A DNA stretch of 63,753 nt, the filler included, from Octopus bimaculoides (Eukaryota): assembly GCF_001194135.2 (NCBI RefSeq). It is 5 parts of 4 records of this genome, joined end to end, with 100 filler letters (N's around TTAATTAATTAA, not from the genome) between each part and the next. Parts side by side here need not be neighbours in the genome. Positions count along the whole stretch, not along the records: positions 30,824 to 58,508 come from NC_069002.1; positions 58,609 to 60,784 come from NC_068987.1; positions 60,885 to 62,224 come from NW_026298283.1; 2 more parts are not named here. One strand, given 5' to 3'. Below the pieces are notes generated by a model. The model made no database searches and was not told the origin of the DNA. It saw only the letters and a list, made by a program, of their open reading frames with translations. Each line of letters begins with the position of its first letter. Positions within the stretch are counted from its first letter, which is position 1. Position numbers and translations under genes: made by a program. Shown here one piece after another: positions 50,545-62,127 of the stretch.

Positions 50545-51125
50545 GTTAGGTGGGTCAGTGTTAGAGTCAAGATTAGAGTTAAGGCTAAGGTCAGATCAAG
50601 GTTAGGGCTATGATGAAGATTAAGGATATGACCATGGTTAAGGCTATGGTCAAGGTTAGGGTTATGGTCAAGATTATGATGAGAAATAATATTGTAACAA
50701 GCTTCGAATGGAGTTGTGGAGTTAGGAGTCAGAACTAGGGATAGAATTAAAGTCATTGTCAGAGTTGGTGATAAGATTAACATTAAGACTGTTTGTTAGT
50801 TATGGTCCACATTAAAGTTAGGATTAGGGTCAGTAATTGAGATAGGTTAAGGTTTGTAATAGGGAGAGAGGTCATAGTCAGGGTTTGTATTTGGGACAGA
50901 GAACATGACTAGTGTATGGGATTAGGATAGGGATCCAGGTTAGGGCTTGTAATAGAAACAAAGTTATGGACAGGGTTTGTAACAGGGACAGAGGTCATGA
51001 GTGTAAATTGTAATCGGGATAGAGGTAGTGGCTAGTGTGTTGGTGATAGAGTTAGGAATAAGATTAGAGAGAGAGGGAGCTGGTATTAGGAATAAAATCT
51101 GAGATAAGGTTAATGTAAGATTTAG
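50545..51125 (+). repeat. Degenerate hexamer array related to (TTAGGG)n
   Basis: 6-nt periodicity: gttagg, gtcaag, gttaag, gctatg, ggttagggtt. Confidence 0.6.
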
Positions 51126-51172
51126 GACAGATACCCAACTGAAAACACAGAAACAAAAAAGATATATCTCAC

Positions 51173-51280
51173 TTGTATTGGTATTCTCATCAATTAGTTG
51201 CATTCTCTGTAAGTGAAGATTGATGGGCACAAACTCATACTCCTTGTCAGCCTTGATACTGCTTGCTTTGAACAACGATT
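51173..51280 (-). CDS. INPP4: Most 5' identifiable INPP4 exon
   Basis: attatag acceptor, GTGAGA donor; (E)SLFKASSIKADKEYEFVPINLHLQRMQLIDENTNT, similar to FKASxxKxDKxLEFVPxNLHxQRM; 108 nt. Confidence 0.93.
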
Positions 51281-51315
51281 CTATAATAATAATAGTAGTA
51301 GTAGTAGTAGTAGTA

Positions 51316-51360
<45 letters not shown>

Positions 51361-51363
<3 letters not shown>

Positions 51364-52330
51364 CTACCTAACAAATACGAAGAAGAAGAAGAAGAAGAAA
51401 CAACAAAAGCTATAAAACAAATGAAATCCAAACTAAAACTAGAACAGCAACGGACCATGATAAAACGATGGCAAGAAAAGCCCCTACATGGTAAATACTG
51501 GGCTAAACTAAATGCGAAAGAAATAGACAGAGAAAAATCCCAGCAATGGCTGAGAAGCTCAGGACTCAAAGCAGAGNNNNNNNNNNNNNNNNNNNNNNNN
51601 NNNNNNNNNNNNNNNNNNNNNNNNNNNNNNNNNNNNNNNNNNNNNNNNNNNNNNNNNNNNNNNNNNNNNNNNNNNNNNNNNNNNNNNNNNNNNNNNNNNN
51701 NNNNNNNNNNNNNNNNNNNNNNNNNNNNNNNNNNNNNNNNNNNNNNNNNNNNNNNNNNNNNNNNNNNNNNNNNNNNNNNNNNNNNNNNNNNNNNNNNNNN
51801 NNNNNNNNNNNNNNNNNNNNNNNNNNNNNNNNNNNNNNNNNNNNNNNNNNNNNNNNNNNNNNNNNNNNNNNNNNNNNNNNNNNNNNNNNNNNNNNNNNNN
51901 NNNNNNNNNNNNNNNNNNNNNNNNNNNNNNNNNNNNNNNNNNNNNNNNNNNNNNNNNNNNNNNNNNNNNNNNNNNNNNNNNNGATGACGTTTCTCTAAAA
52001 GAAATGGAAAAACTTTCAAAATACAAAGACCTGGAAATAGAGATAACTCGAATGTGGAGTCTAAAAACAGAAACAATTCCTATCATAGGTGCCTTAGGTA
52101 TAATAAAAAAATATTCAGACAAATACATAACAAAAACACCAGGACTTACAAATATATATAACATACAGAAAATTGCACTACTGGGTACTGCACACATTCT
52201 ACGCAAAACACTTTCAATACAGTAAACATAAGAGCACCACAGCAAACCACAGCACATACCCAAGGCGCACAGAGCTGCGCTCGGTAGTGAAGTGAAAGCA
52301 CGTTATAAAAATAAAACTACTGAACAATAA
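51361..52330 (+). mobile_element. 5'-truncated R4/Dong-like retrotransposon (middle in gap)
   Basis: WQEKPLHGKYW...SQQWLRSSGLKAE; EKLSKYKDLEIEITRMWSLKT..IPIIGALG...QKIALLGTAHILRK; the 3' UTR ends in (AAT)n; (TAA)n on both sides. Confidence 0.88.
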
Positions 52331-52344
52331 TAATAATAATAGTA

Positions 52345-53410
52345 GTAGTAGTTGGACAACCTAGTCCAGTCTGAGCAGATTTTCTCCAATGATATTAAGG
52401 TGGGAGTTTGGGCTAAACACAACATGAAGGAAAAACACAACATGAAGGAAAAAAACAAAAAGAGAGAACCCATGGCAAGAAAAATACTGGCTTCCAAGTT
52501 GAATGCCAGAAACATAATTTCAACAACAAACTTGCACACAGTCACAGAAGTTCAGTATCACGTTGGAATCCTGAAGTGGACAGAGGAGGTGCGAAAGGAG
52601 ATGGACAGGAAGTGAAGAAAGCTTCTAACGATGCATGAAGCACATCATCTGAGTGCAGACAATTGATTGCCTTTGCACGAAGAGAGCAAATGGAGGAACA
52701 GGACTGATAAGTATGGAAGACTGCATGGGTATCGAACTCGAGAGCTTAATGAGATACCAAGCCCAAAGTAAGGAAACCTTGCTAGTGTCAGTTAGGAACG
52801 AGGGACTATTGAAAGCAGAGAAAAAAGAAAAAACAACGGCAGAAATACAAAAAGGACATGAAGAAGAATTACACAACAATGAACTACACAATCAATTCCA
52901 CAACAAAAGTAACTGGGAAGAATAGGTGGGATTGGCTGAAGAAAGGCAAACTAAAAAAAGAGACCGAGAGCACTATACTGGCAGCGCAAGACCAAACTTT
53001 GGCCACGAACTGGAGGGTCAACCTTTGGAATGAGCAAATGTCTCCACTGTGCCGCGTCTGTAATAGAGTGGATGAAACCATTGCCCATATCACAAACGAA
53101 TGCCTTTGACTTGCCCAAAACCACTACAAGTTGCGGGGACATGATCAGGTAGCAAAAGTGCTACATTGGAAACTGTGTGAAAAGTGGGGGCTAGAGACAG
53201 GCAAGATGTGGTATGAGCAGAAACCACAGAGTGGCGGAGTCGTAAACTAGCAAAATCCTCTGGGTTTTCCCAATCCAAATAGATCAGGTGCTAGAACATA
53301 ACAGATCGGACCTAGTGGTGGTCAACAAGTCACACCACATGTGCTATATAGTTGATGTTGCATGTCCCTTTGACCCACGAATAGTCAAGAAGAAAGGCGA
53401 AAAAATAAAT
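52345..53410 (+). mobile_element. Older, degenerate R4/Dong-like copy (CCHC zinc knuckle and RLE)
   Basis: LKKETESTILAAQDQ, CRVC...ETIAHITNEC, HDQVAKVLHWKLC, NRSDLVVV...IVDVACPFD; several stops and frameshifts. Confidence 0.85.
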
Positions 53411-53429
53411 ATGGCCTCTGACATAGCAG

Positions 53430-53690
53430 AACAAGTTGTATGGAGACAATCCATTATTCACTATTTCCGGCTCCTCTGCACAAGCAACTGATAGGGTAAA
53501 GAAAAGATTAATAAAATCTTTTAAGTCATATAACTTATTTGGAAATGTCACTAAATGTGTTGACATTTTGGACATAACATTAAATTTAGATAATGGCTTA
53601 TTTTACCCTTACCATAAGCCTTAATGAAACCATTATTAAATATATCCACACCTTATCAAATCATCCCCAAAGTGTTATTAATGGGCATTG
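53430..53690 (+). mobile_element. Penelope-like RT fragment
   Basis: YGDN (degenerate YxDD)...DRVKKRLIKSF...VDILDITLNLDNGLFYPYHKP, then YIHTLSNHP. Confidence 0.7.
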
Positions 53691-55100
53691 AAGGACAGCA
53701 AATTCCATAAGATAGATTAAGAATACAGTGTGTGTGTGTGTGTGTGTATTCACCAGTGTATACAGGCTAGTACTTTACTTTATTGACCTCCCCATTCAAT
53801 GGATGAACAGCCATATTAACCTCATATTTGAACTCGAAATGCATGGGACCAAAATAAATACCACAAGACATATCTTTAAAGGGCTGTAAATTCAGTACAC
53901 ACACACATGTAACCCAAATATCAGCGAATCAATGTAAATCCCATATTTCTCTTACTAAAGAAAAAAGAGGAGACACATCTGAGTAATCAAAGAATCAAAT
54001 GGAAATTAATGGACAGAGTTAAGTTGGGAAGGGGAGAAGGAAACAATAATCAGATGAAAGGGTGAAACAACAACTACAACAACAACAACAGAAGAGAAAG
54101 GAAACTTAGTGAAAGGAAAAATAATTTCTATACAAGAAATTATTTTCCTTTTAGTAACACCTCCCTGGTTTTAGTGTCTTGTATAGACATAAAATCAGAG
54201 AGGTGAGGACTGTTTGTGACTGGTACGTTTTTGTCTTTTGTTTTTATATATTGATCACCACCCCCACCCTATTCTACCAAGCGGGACAAATGGCAGAAAA
54301 ACCTTGGCAGAATTTGAACACGGAACATAAAGAGCAAGAACAAAGGCTTCAAGGCATTTTTGTACAAAGCTCTTGTGATTTCGCCAATCCATTGTCTTCA
54401 TATATTTTATAACACATGCAATGCATGTGGATGCTAATTAGAGAAGTAAAAGGTAAAGCAAAGTTCTTTGCAAAGTCAGGTAGACTCTTCGGGCCAGTTT
54501 CCCGGTTTCCATGGCGCATATATTCAGGGTGGGGGCTGGTCAATTACAACAACTGACAGAATTCAACTAGTGCTCATTTCATCAACCCTGAAATAATGAA
54601 AGGCAAAGTCAACCTTGGTGGAATTTGAACTCAGAACGTAAAGACAGACAAAATGTTGCTAAGCATTTTGCCCGGTGTGCTAATGATTCTGCCAGCTCAC
54701 TGCCTTAATAATAATAATAATAATAATAATAATCCTTTCTGCTATAGGCGCAAGGCCTGAAATTTCAGAGTAGGATTAAGTCGATTACAATGACAACAGT
54801 GCTCAACTGCTCCTTNNNNNNNNNNNNNNNNNNNNNNNNNNNNNNNNNNNNNNNNNNNNNNNNNNNNNNNNNNNNNNNNNNNNNNNNNNNNNNNNNNNNN
54901 NNNNNNNNNNNNNNNNNNNNNNNNNNNNNNNNNNNNNNNNNNNNNNNNNNNNNNNNNNNNNNNNNNNNNNNNNNNNNNNNNNNNNNNNNNNNNNNNNNNN
55001 NNNNNNNNNNNNNNNNNNNNNNNNNNNNNNNNNNNNNNNNNNNNNNNNNNNNNNNNNNNNNNNNNNNNNNNNNNNNNNNNNNNNNNNNNNNNNNNNNNNG

Positions 55101-55280
55101 CACGCTAACAATTCTGCCAGCACGCTAACAATTCTGCCAGCACGCTAACAATATTGCCAGCACGCTAACAATTCTGCCAGCACGCTAACAATTCTGCCAG
55201 CACGCTAACAATTCTGCCAGCACGCTAACAATTCTGCCAGCACGCTAACAATACTGCCAGCACGCTAACAATACTGCCAG
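55101..55280. repeat. Tandem array of nine 20-bp units derived from SINE family B
   Basis: The unit cacgctaacaattctgccag matches the SINE segment ...gctaacgattctgccag; it is followed by the normal SINE end ctcacc..taataataat. Confidence 0.92.
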
Positions 55281-55321
55281 CTCACCAACTTAATAATAAT
55301 AATAATAATTATCATTATTAA

Positions 55322-55353
<32 letters not shown>

Positions 55354-55729
55354 TTATTATTTCCACACCTGTAAACAGAGGGCCTGAAATTTTGTGAGGA
55401 GAGACTTGTTGATCACATCAACCCCAGTGCTCAACTGGAACTTAATTTATCGACCCCAAAAGTACGAAAGGCAAAGTCAACCTTGGGTTCAGACCATAAA
55501 GCCCAAAGAAACACTACTCAGCATCTTATCCAGCCCAGTACGAATTCTACTAGCATGTTGCCTTCAGAATAATAATAATAATAATAGTAGTAAGGTACAA
55601 GGCCAAATTTGGTAGAGAGGGCAAATATATAACAGTTTCTACTATATGACTGTTACTGGATTTTATCAACCCTGAAAGAATGAGACATAAAGTTGACTTT
55701 GGCAGGATTTAAGCTATAATAAACTGGCA

Positions 55730-56026
55730 CTCCATCGCTTACGACGTCAAGGGTTCCAGTTGATCCGATCAACGGAACAGCCTGCTCGTGAAATTAACGT
55801 GCAAGTGGCTGAGCACTCCACAGACACGTGTACCCTTAACGTAGTTCTTGGGGAAATTCAGCATGACACAGTGTGACAAGGCTGACCCTTTGAATTACAG
55901 GCACAACAGAAACAGGAAGTAAGAGTGAGAGAAAGTTGTGGTGGAAGAGTACAGTAGGGTTCGCCACCATCCCCTGCCGGAGCCTCGTGGAGCTTTAGGT
56001 GTTTTCGCTCAATAAACACTCACAAC
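55730..56026 (-). mobile_element. Second copy of the 27474-27842 SINE (head in gap)
   Basis: Reverse-complement match to the body of 27548-27842. Confidence 0.8.
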
Positions 56027-56854
56027 NNNNNNNNNNNNNNNNNNNNNNNNNNNNNNNNNNNNNNNNNNNNNNNNNNNNNNNNNNNNNNNNNNNNNNNNNN
56101 NNNNNNNNNNNNNNNNNNNNNNNNNNNNNNNNNNNNNNNNNNNNNNNNNNNNNNNNNNNNNNNNNNNNNNNNNNNNNNNNNNNNNNNNNNNNNNNNNNNN
56201 NNNNNNNNNNNNNNNNNNNNNNNNNNNNNNNNNNNNNNNNNNNNNNNNNNNNNNNNNNNNNNNNNNNNNNNNNNNNNNNNNNNNNNNNNNNNNNNNNNNN
56301 NNNNNNNNNNNNNNNNNNNNNNNNNNNNNNNNNNNNNNNNNNNNNNNNNNNNNNNNNNNNNNNNNNNNNNNNNNNNNNNNNNNNNNNNNNNNNNNNNNNN
56401 NNNNNNNNNNNNNNNNNNNNNNNNNNNNNNNNNNNNNNNNNNNNNNNNNNNNNNNNNNNNNNNNNNNNNNNNNNNNNNNNNNNNNNNNNNNNNNNNNNNN
56501 NNNNNNNNNNNNNNNNNNNNNNNNNNNNNNNNNNNNNNNNNNNNNNNNNNNNNNNNNNNNNNNNNNNNNNNNNNNNNNNNNNNNNNNNNNNNNNNNNNNN
56601 NNNNNNNNNNNNNNNNNTGCATATTTATATATATATACACACACACACATATATATACACATATATATATATATACATACATACATACATACACACATAT
56701 ATATATATACATACATACATACACACATATATATATATACATATATATATACACACATATATATATATACATATATATATACACATATATACACATATAT
56801 ATCTATACATACATATATACATACATATATACATACATATATATATACACATAC

Positions 56855-56888
<34 letters not shown>

Positions 56889-56905
56889 TTATATATATAT
56901 GTATA

Positions 56906-58333
56906 TATGAGGTCTGATCAATAAGTATCACAACTGTAGTCATAGTAACAAAACTAAAGCAAGCAGAGTGAAGTCACTGAGCACAGACTAACCTTGTACT
57001 CTGCTGTCCATGCACACTAAGTTTTCACATTCTAGCTCACTTCTGCTGTTTACAACAGTGCTTGGAAGGAAGGTGTGTAGTGTGTGATTGTCGCATTGAC
57101 AATCACTGCAAAAGTTTTCATGGCAATACCTGCTCAGAGGCCTATGCAAAGTTGCAGAAAGTGTGTGGAGAGGAATGTATGAGCTGTGTACAAGTGTACG
57201 AGTGGTTCAGATGTTTCTAAGATGGCCGAAAAAATGTTGATAATGACGAATTTTCTGGGAGACCCACAACCAGCAGGACTGAGAAAAAATATCACAGATG
57301 TGCAGGCAGCTGTAAAAGGAAATTGTGAAATCACCATCCATGAGTTATCAGAGGATGTGCAGATTAGCTACGGTTCAGTTCAGTCCATTATCACTGAAGA
57401 TTTGGGTATGAGATGCGTGTCTGCCAAGTTTGGGCCAAAACTGTTTTCAGTTGACCAAAAAGACACTTGGGTTTCAGTGGCACAAGATCCCCTTCATTAT
57501 GTTGAGAATGATGAAAACTTTTTGAAAACTTTACGCAGGTCTGGCTGTATGGTAAGAAGATTGCTTCCCAACCACATGGTTCCGGGTTCAGTCCCACTGC
57601 ATGGTACCTTGGGCAAGTGTCTTCCACTATAGCCTCGGGCCAACCAAAGCCTTGTGAGTGGATTTGATAGAGGGAAACTGAAAGCCCATTATGTATGTAT
57701 GTATGTATGTATGTATGTATGCATGTATGTACGTATGTATGTATGTATGTACGTATGTATGTATGTATGTACGTATGTATGTATGTACGTACGTACGCAT
57801 GTACGTATGTATGTGTTTGTAAGTCTATGTTTGTTCCCTCCACCATCACTTGTCAACCGATGTTGGTGTGCTTACATCGCTGTAACTTAGCGGTTCAGCA
57901 AAAGAGACAGATAGAATAAGTACTAGGCTTACAAAGGATAAGTCCTGGGGAGGGGGAGGGTCAATTAATTCGACTAAAGGTGGTGCTCCAGCATGGCTGC
58001 AGTCAAATGACTGAAACCAGAAAAATAAAAATAAAAAAATAATAAAATAATTTTTTAAAAAGGGCCTCTGAGCCGATATCACCAAGCTTTTGGCAAAATT
58101 CGATGCAGGATTCTCTGCTCAACTTTCTCTGCCATGGTCAATGCAACAACCAGCAGACGCCAAACACCTTCCTTCTAAACATGGCTGGAAACAGCCGGGG
58201 TGAGGTAGAACGTTTAAACCTGGTGCGCATGCACTGCAGAGTTCAAGGTTAATCGTTGACAAGTGGCTTCAAACTGCACGCTTTCGCTTTGTTACTATAG
58301 CAACAGTCCAGATACTCATCAGTCAGACCCCCT
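56906..58333. mobile_element. Mariner-derived region: two inverted 5' ends, a partial transposase and nested SINEs
   Basis: Ends tatgaggtctgatcaataagtatc / gatactcatcagtcagaccccctata. The plus strand encodes a degenerate ...VYEWFRCF*DGRKNVDNDEFSGRP...IHELSEDVQISYGSVQSIITEDLGMRCVSAK (mariner HTH). Confidence 0.8.
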
Positions 58334-58388
58334 ATACACATACACATGTGTGCACGGGTGTCTGTGTGTATTGATAATGCTTTACTTC

Positions 58389-58434
<46 letters not shown>

Positions 58435-59682
58435 CATACATATAATATATATACATATATATATTTAATTATATGTATTTATTTTCTCTTAGTTAACAAT
58501 TAACTCCGNNNNNNNNNNNNNNNNNNNNNNNNNNNNNNNNNNNNNNNNNNNNTTAATTAATTAANNNNNNNNNNNNNNNNNNNNNNNNNNNNNNNNNNNN
58601 NNNNNNNNTATATATATATATATATGTACAGAGAGTGAGAAAGGAAGAAAGAGAATAAGTAGGTGTATGATATAAATAGAGAGAAAGAGGGAGGGTGTTG
58701 GATCATCTAAAGACTAGCAAAGTAGTTTAGAAATGTGAAACCTTCAGGTCCATAATTCAGTCTTGTGTTAGGTTTCCTCGATATAGGTTACATAACATAC
58801 TAACAACACAGAAGTCTCAGTTTCAGTACCGTGTCCACGTGTCTGTAGACCTATATATATATCAGTGATTTTTAAGTGTACTATTAGACATATATATATA
58901 TATTTGACCGTTGACTGAACACTATTCAATTTTTTTTCTCCGTGTTTTTCTCCTTGTCTCCGTATTCTTTCTGTTGAAGAGCGTAGCTCGAAACGTCAAA
59001 GACTTTCCGTATTCCCGAGCGTCATACTAATATATCCTTTTGTTATTTACACCACCTGTCCTCGTCTGTTGTTATTATTTGTATANNNNNNNNNNNNNNN
59101 NNNNNNNNNNNNNNNNNNNNNNNNNNNNNNNNNNNNNNNNNNNNNNNNNNNNNNNNNNNNNNNNNNNNNNNNNNNNNNNNNNNNNNNNNNNNNNNNNNNN
59201 NNNNNNNNNNNNNNNNNNNNNNNNNNNNNNNNNNNNNNNNNNNNNNNNNNNNNNNNNNNNNNNNNNNNNNNNNNNNNNNNNNNNNNNNNNNNNNNNNNNN
59301 NNNNNNNNNNNNNNNNNNNNNNNNNNNNNNNNNNNNNNNNNNNNNNNNNNNNNNNNNNNNNNNNNNAAATAATAAATAAGTAAATGAGTGGAAATTTTAC
59401 CGGGGAGTGTGTTAAATTATAAGGTACTAAAAGAGAATGACTCTCCCCAGACACAACAGTATATATATATATATAAACAATATATGAGTATATGCATATA
59501 TATATGTACGTGTATGTATATACGTTCATCTACATGTACATATAGATACATAACTGGGTACATGACGTGGCAAAAGAACATGGACAAAATGGTAAACAAG
59601 GTGCAACAAACAAGCAGGCCACATAGAAACATCCCCTTCATCAGCTGCCACCATTAAAACTCCGGCGTTTCGAAGAATTAAG

Positions 59683-59716
<34 letters not shown>

Positions 59717-61907
59717 ATCAGCGGTGGGTGAGAGAAACAGAATGTTAAAGCGTTGTTAAGGAAACCAGTAAATATGAAGCTAACCAAACCACTTGCTACC
59801 TACTCACCATCAACCATTTTTGAGCAATACTCACTACCCCTTACCATTTACAAGAACGCAACGCGCACACACACTCAGATACACACACACACTCACATAC
59901 ACACACATAATTATATATATACACACACACACACAAATATAACAACAAAGTGAATGAACTCATTCAATGGAATGACGGTATTTCTACATGATTTGGGTTG
60001 ATAGAGAGCGAGAGATACGAAGCCTCAAAGAGGTGGATATATGGGAGAGTGTAAGTGAAAGACAGAGAGGAAGAATGAAAGAGAGGGAGAGAAAGAGTTA
60101 GTAAGTTCTTATGTACCGGGTTAATTTGTAAAGTACAGTAGTATGTTTATATACATGTGCGTGTGTTGCTGATAGATGTATTTATGAAATGTGGGTCAGA
60201 GTCGGTGAAATCTGGGCCAAAGTAGGTGGATTGCTTCAAGTGACGTAAGTTGTTAGAATAGAGCAGCTCGGCGTTATAACATTTTTTGCTTACTTCACTG
60301 ACAGAGAAATGGTTTGTGGGGGATGGATAGAGTGGATGATGGTGGTACGATAGAGAGATTGTGGGGAGTCTGGGAATAAACATGACAAACTCGTAAGCAT
60401 ACATACATACATACATACATACATACACGCACACACAGACACACACATAAAATAACAAAAATTGTATGTATATCCATTAATATTTAGCAGAAGCAACAAG
60501 GTGACTCAAGGACTGAGAGTTTCGTGCGTTGGCGCTTATCAAACGTACGAAGTTCTCGGACCTTGAGTCACTCTGTAACTTTCGGTACATAATAATAAAA
60601 TATACATGTCCTCATATTATGTGTTTTGTTTTCCTGTCTGCATCACCATATCTGTTTGTGTATGTGTGTGTGAGTGTGGTTGTGTGCGAGAGAGAGTGTG
60701 AGTGTATATATATATATATATGTCTATATATATGCATGTATCTAAATAAGTATATATATATATATATATATGTAATATATATATNNNNNNNNNNNNNNNN
60801 NNNNNNNNNNNNNNNNNNNNNNNNNNNNTTAATTAATTAANNNNNNNNNNNNNNNNNNNNNNNNNNNNNNNNNNNNNNNNNNNNATAAAATGATTTAAAA
60901 CCCGATAAAAATGGGAGAAGAGTGTTTTATGTATTATGGGACCGTAAAGGGGAATTAATCTTCTATTTATACATGTGGTGTTGACATAAATGCCTATAAG
61001 TATATATATATATATATATACACAAGTTCATATGCATACATACATATGTACACACATATATATATATACATATATGCACATATATATTCACACACATACA
61101 TACACATACATAGACACATACATACATATACATACATTTGTACGCATATACACACGATAGTCGTGTGGTAATGAATATTAAGGCAGTGCTATATGTATAG
61201 GAAAATGATGCTTATATTAACTAGTAAGATATTAAGTGAATGACAATTTATAAAGGTGATGGATGGTCTATTAATCTAAAGAGAGAAATTGTGTTGTTAA
61301 GTGAGATGGAAAGTAGAGGGGAGCAAAAAAAAATTACTTGTATAAACTAAGTTAATATTATTACCGAAGTTTACTTAGATAATCATGCTCTATATTTGTT
61401 GGTGCAAGGGTTTTCCAATAGATAAAATAAAATTTTGTGTGGTGCAGTATTTTATATGTAATAAAGCAGGGAGAAGAAAAAATTTATATGTTTTGAATTC
61501 ATCTTACGATAAATGTAAACAAACGAATCTTAGATATGTCTAAGAAAGTTAAAGAAGACAATTAAAATTCTGAGACGCAGAATAATGCCACTAACATAAC
61601 CTAAACAGGATAAATAACTCCTATCTTTGCTGAAGAAAGTGAAAACAGCAAGTGAAGGAGATGGAGGTACGAAGGAGCAATGAAATCAAAGGTATAAGGT
61701 TATTGGAGCACAACGTAAAAGAATTCATTTAACATATGCATATTACACCATTTATTAAATTTTATATTTACTCAAATGCCCAATATAACAGAGGGTTTCT
61801 ACCTCATAAACAGGAGTTACACCACAGTCATTCTGTGATCTTTGCTGCCTTGGTATCTATTAAGCAATCTATTTTGCCTGAGTTAATTATTAACTAAGAG
61901 AAAATAA

Positions 61908-61968
<61 letters not shown>

Positions 61969-62084
61969 CATAAATATATATATATATATATGTATGTATA
62001 AGTATATATATTTATATAAGTATATATGTTTATATAAGAATATATATTTATAAGTATTTATATTTATATAAGTATATAGATTTA

Positions 62085-62127
<43 letters not shown>

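Noticed and set aside
55101-55280. CRISPR-like array
   Set aside because: Head-to-tail repeats with no unique spacers, no cas genes, eukaryotic context, and the unit derives from a SINE. The 30825-32363 array likewise has no unique spacers.
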